Shown in pieces: positions 59,738 to 64,000 of a stretch of DNA of 64,000 nt (position 1 is its first letter; each line of letters opens with the position of its first letter). Location: positions 141,980,001 through 142,044,000 of the forward strand of contig OZ024740.1 of NCBI GenBank assembly GCA_964016885.1. The letters are read 5' to 3'. The notes beneath the pieces were generated by a model. That model saw only the letters and a list, made by a program, of their open reading frames with translations, was not told the origin of the DNA and did no database searches. Both the position numbers and the translations under genes were made by a program. The DNA comes from Eledone cirrhosa. Its lineage: Eukaryota.

Positions 59738-60116
59738 TAATTCTATAAGTTGATAAAACAACAGTAGGGCGTTCAGGTATTTATTTAAAGCTCAAATGTG
59801 GTTTATTTTATATCCAGAATAACGAGACCTATTTCAGAGGTAAATCCAGTTGGTATACTTCTGGTTATCTGAGATTTAAATCACAGAGCATATATATTAA
59901 CAAAGAAATAAATTACAAGTTCAACAGTTAATACATTATTTATTTGATCCACACGTGTTACACTCCCTTTGGATATTACTCACAATATCCTTATAAAGAA
60001 ATCGCCAGGATCAATTATATATATATAACATAGTAAAAAATACTTAATTACCGATCAATGTACTCCTTGCTTCAGCCGTAAATTGTAATTTATAATTTGG
60101 TGACTTATTTCTTTGT

Positions 60117-60192
<76 letters not shown>

Positions 60193-60287
60193 CCTGCTAT
60201 TTCAAGCGTTACTTAATATATTCCTTTCACATACTATACCGATTGTGTTGTTATTTATGTTTACCTTTTACACACATATATATATAT

Positions 60288-61704
60288 ATGGCAACTTAAG
60301 GACAGAAACCTTGATTACAATATTAGCTGGTCGAAATTAGCGGCCGCAAAGGCCTATAGCAGCGGTATGTCCCATTGCGGGTTGTGCAAACTTGAATTGC
60401 TACATATCTTAAGGTACGGTTAAAATGCTGCTTAAGAGCAAAATAAAAAAGTCAATTTTCTGCAGACATAGGATTGCTACTAAAATTACGAGATTTAAAC
60501 CACCGTGATTTGAACCAGCATCCTCGAACTTAATGGAAAATCACTTACAATTTAACGTATGAAATCCGCATTCTCACACAGCCTACCTCAGAACCATAAT
60601 CTTTTATAAACATCTTCCAGCCTTCCTACATCTATATCACCAAGATGGGGCAGTAATATCTACAAACATCTACCAGTTATCATGTCTGCCCATAAATCAA
60701 TCTAGCCTTTGCTGTTGTTTATTCTTTCGGACCAAACAATTATATCTACATATCTCACATAAGCACCCATGATCTCTAACAGATGAACTTAATTCTAAGT
60801 ACATTATTTTATTACCCTTACACTCCTTGAAACTCTTATTTTCTTATTTTCTTCTTATTACTATTATGATCATCTCAATGTACCCTATCCCTAATTTTAT
60901 TCATCATGTTCTCTATCTATTTACCATGCATATTTTATTGTTGATTTATTGTCTTAATTATACGCTATTTGTCATCGAAGTTGTGAAAACTAAACCCCCA
61001 TGATTCGAACTAACAATCCCAACATTTAAAATAAACCACCTAAACCTTAAAATACTGAATCTACAATTTCAATTAATACCACCTAAGAACCATATATCTT
61101 TATACACTCACTCTATCAATATAACTAAGTTAATACAAAGAAAATACTTATCTGTCAGACCATAAATCAATCTCTGGTTTATTGCTAGCGTGCCTTTAGA
61201 CCCACAGCACACTTGTATCTAGATCACTCATAATTGCACTTAAAGGGGCAGATTCCAAAAATCTGACTCTGGGTACATTTTATTAGTTATCTCTTCATCC
61301 CTCAAAAACTACGTCTAAAGTAACCTATAGTAGTTTTCACATGTCAACTTCATACATCTGTATCATATCACTTAGGTTACCATGGTAGTTTTATCATTTT
61401 ATCATTATATTCTATTTCTCACTTATATTAATGTTATTAATTTAACTATTCAGTATCTAGTTATTTTGTTATTGATATTATTGTTCTGGTCTAATACCAC
61501 TCCTCTATAAAAGCCATGCTTTGTATATTATCCTCACATTCGCTTGCTCTGATGAATTAACTGGTTATAAACAAAGTATTGGAGTTCGATTGACGCAACA
61601 TCTAGCGATTAGCGAACTCTAGACCTAACAGATCAAAGAAACAAATGTCAGCACTGTGAATAAAGCCCTTATTGTACAGACAACCATGTTACTCTTATTT
61701 CTTG

Positions 61705-61710
<6 letters not shown>
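60288..61710 (+). pseudogene. Naiad 3' fragment: end of GIY-YIG, 3' UTR and HHR (61538-61660)
   Basis: WQLKDRNLDYNISW..CGLCKLE..FCRHR; TGCT-CTGATGA(61549)..GAAA-CAAATG-TC-AGCA; then (TA)n. Confidence 0.8.
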
Positions 61711-61803
<93 letters not shown>

Positions 61804-61832
61804 AAAGAATAGAGGTGTAACACACAAGTTAT

Positions 61833-62239
61833 TATATATTGGTAAACGGAATAGAAAATGCTGACAAATTGTTCACAGTTGAAAAATGGTTTAATTAGGA
61901 ATAAAAGAGTATTAGTGATTGTATGGGTTAGTATTCAGTTGTGGTTTTAAGTTTTTAAGTTTTTACCGGTTGCGCATTTCTAAATGCTTTTCAAAAATAA
62001 TTTTGAGATTGAGTGTCCGTGCTGTTTGCTCTGATCACACACATATATCAGAGCAAGCAGCACGGACACTCAATCTCAAAATTATTTTTGAAAAGCATTT
62101 AGAAATGCGCAACCGGTAAAAACTTAAAAACTTAAAACCACAACTGAATACTAACCCATACAATCACTAATACTCATTTATTCCTAATTAAACCATTTTT
62201 CAACTGTGAACAATTTGTCAGCATTTTCTATTCCGTTTA

Positions 62240-62250
<11 letters not shown>
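61833..62250. mobile_element. Near-perfect ~200-bp-arm fold-back with variant HHR-like motif
   Basis: 61833-62034 is the reverse complement of 62047-62250; TTGAAAA-GCATT..AATGC-GCAA-CCGG-TA. Confidence 0.8.

Positions 62251-64000
<1,750 letters not shown>

Overview
Very AT-rich, microsatellite-saturated animal DNA; the repeat landscape suggests an octopus/cephalopod (inference). I see no host protein-coding gene, and most ORFs in the track are translations of (TA)n/(TG)n/(TC)n/(TATG)n. The window is a retroelement graveyard with five components. (1) A near-complete Penelope-like element (PLE) of the Naiad type at 26462-31046: RT + GIY-YIG, one in-frame TAA, and direct pseudo-LTRs that each carry a hammerhead ribozyme. 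(2) Several more Naiad/Neptune PLE fragments. (3) Tx1/L1, R4/Dong and RTE LINE fragments. (4) tRNA-derived SINEs. (5) Two non-autonomous Helitrons. The most striking unannotated signal is a dense population of small non-coding units sitting in (TA)n tracts, as fold-back hairpins or tandem repeats. They carry type-I hammerhead ribozymes (HHRs) from about a dozen unrelated families. At least four families use the compensatory U3-A8 core (TTGATAA instead of CTGATGA), including a 595-bp retrozyme-like tandem repeat. All RNA structures were folded by eye and coordinates are approximate to a few bases.
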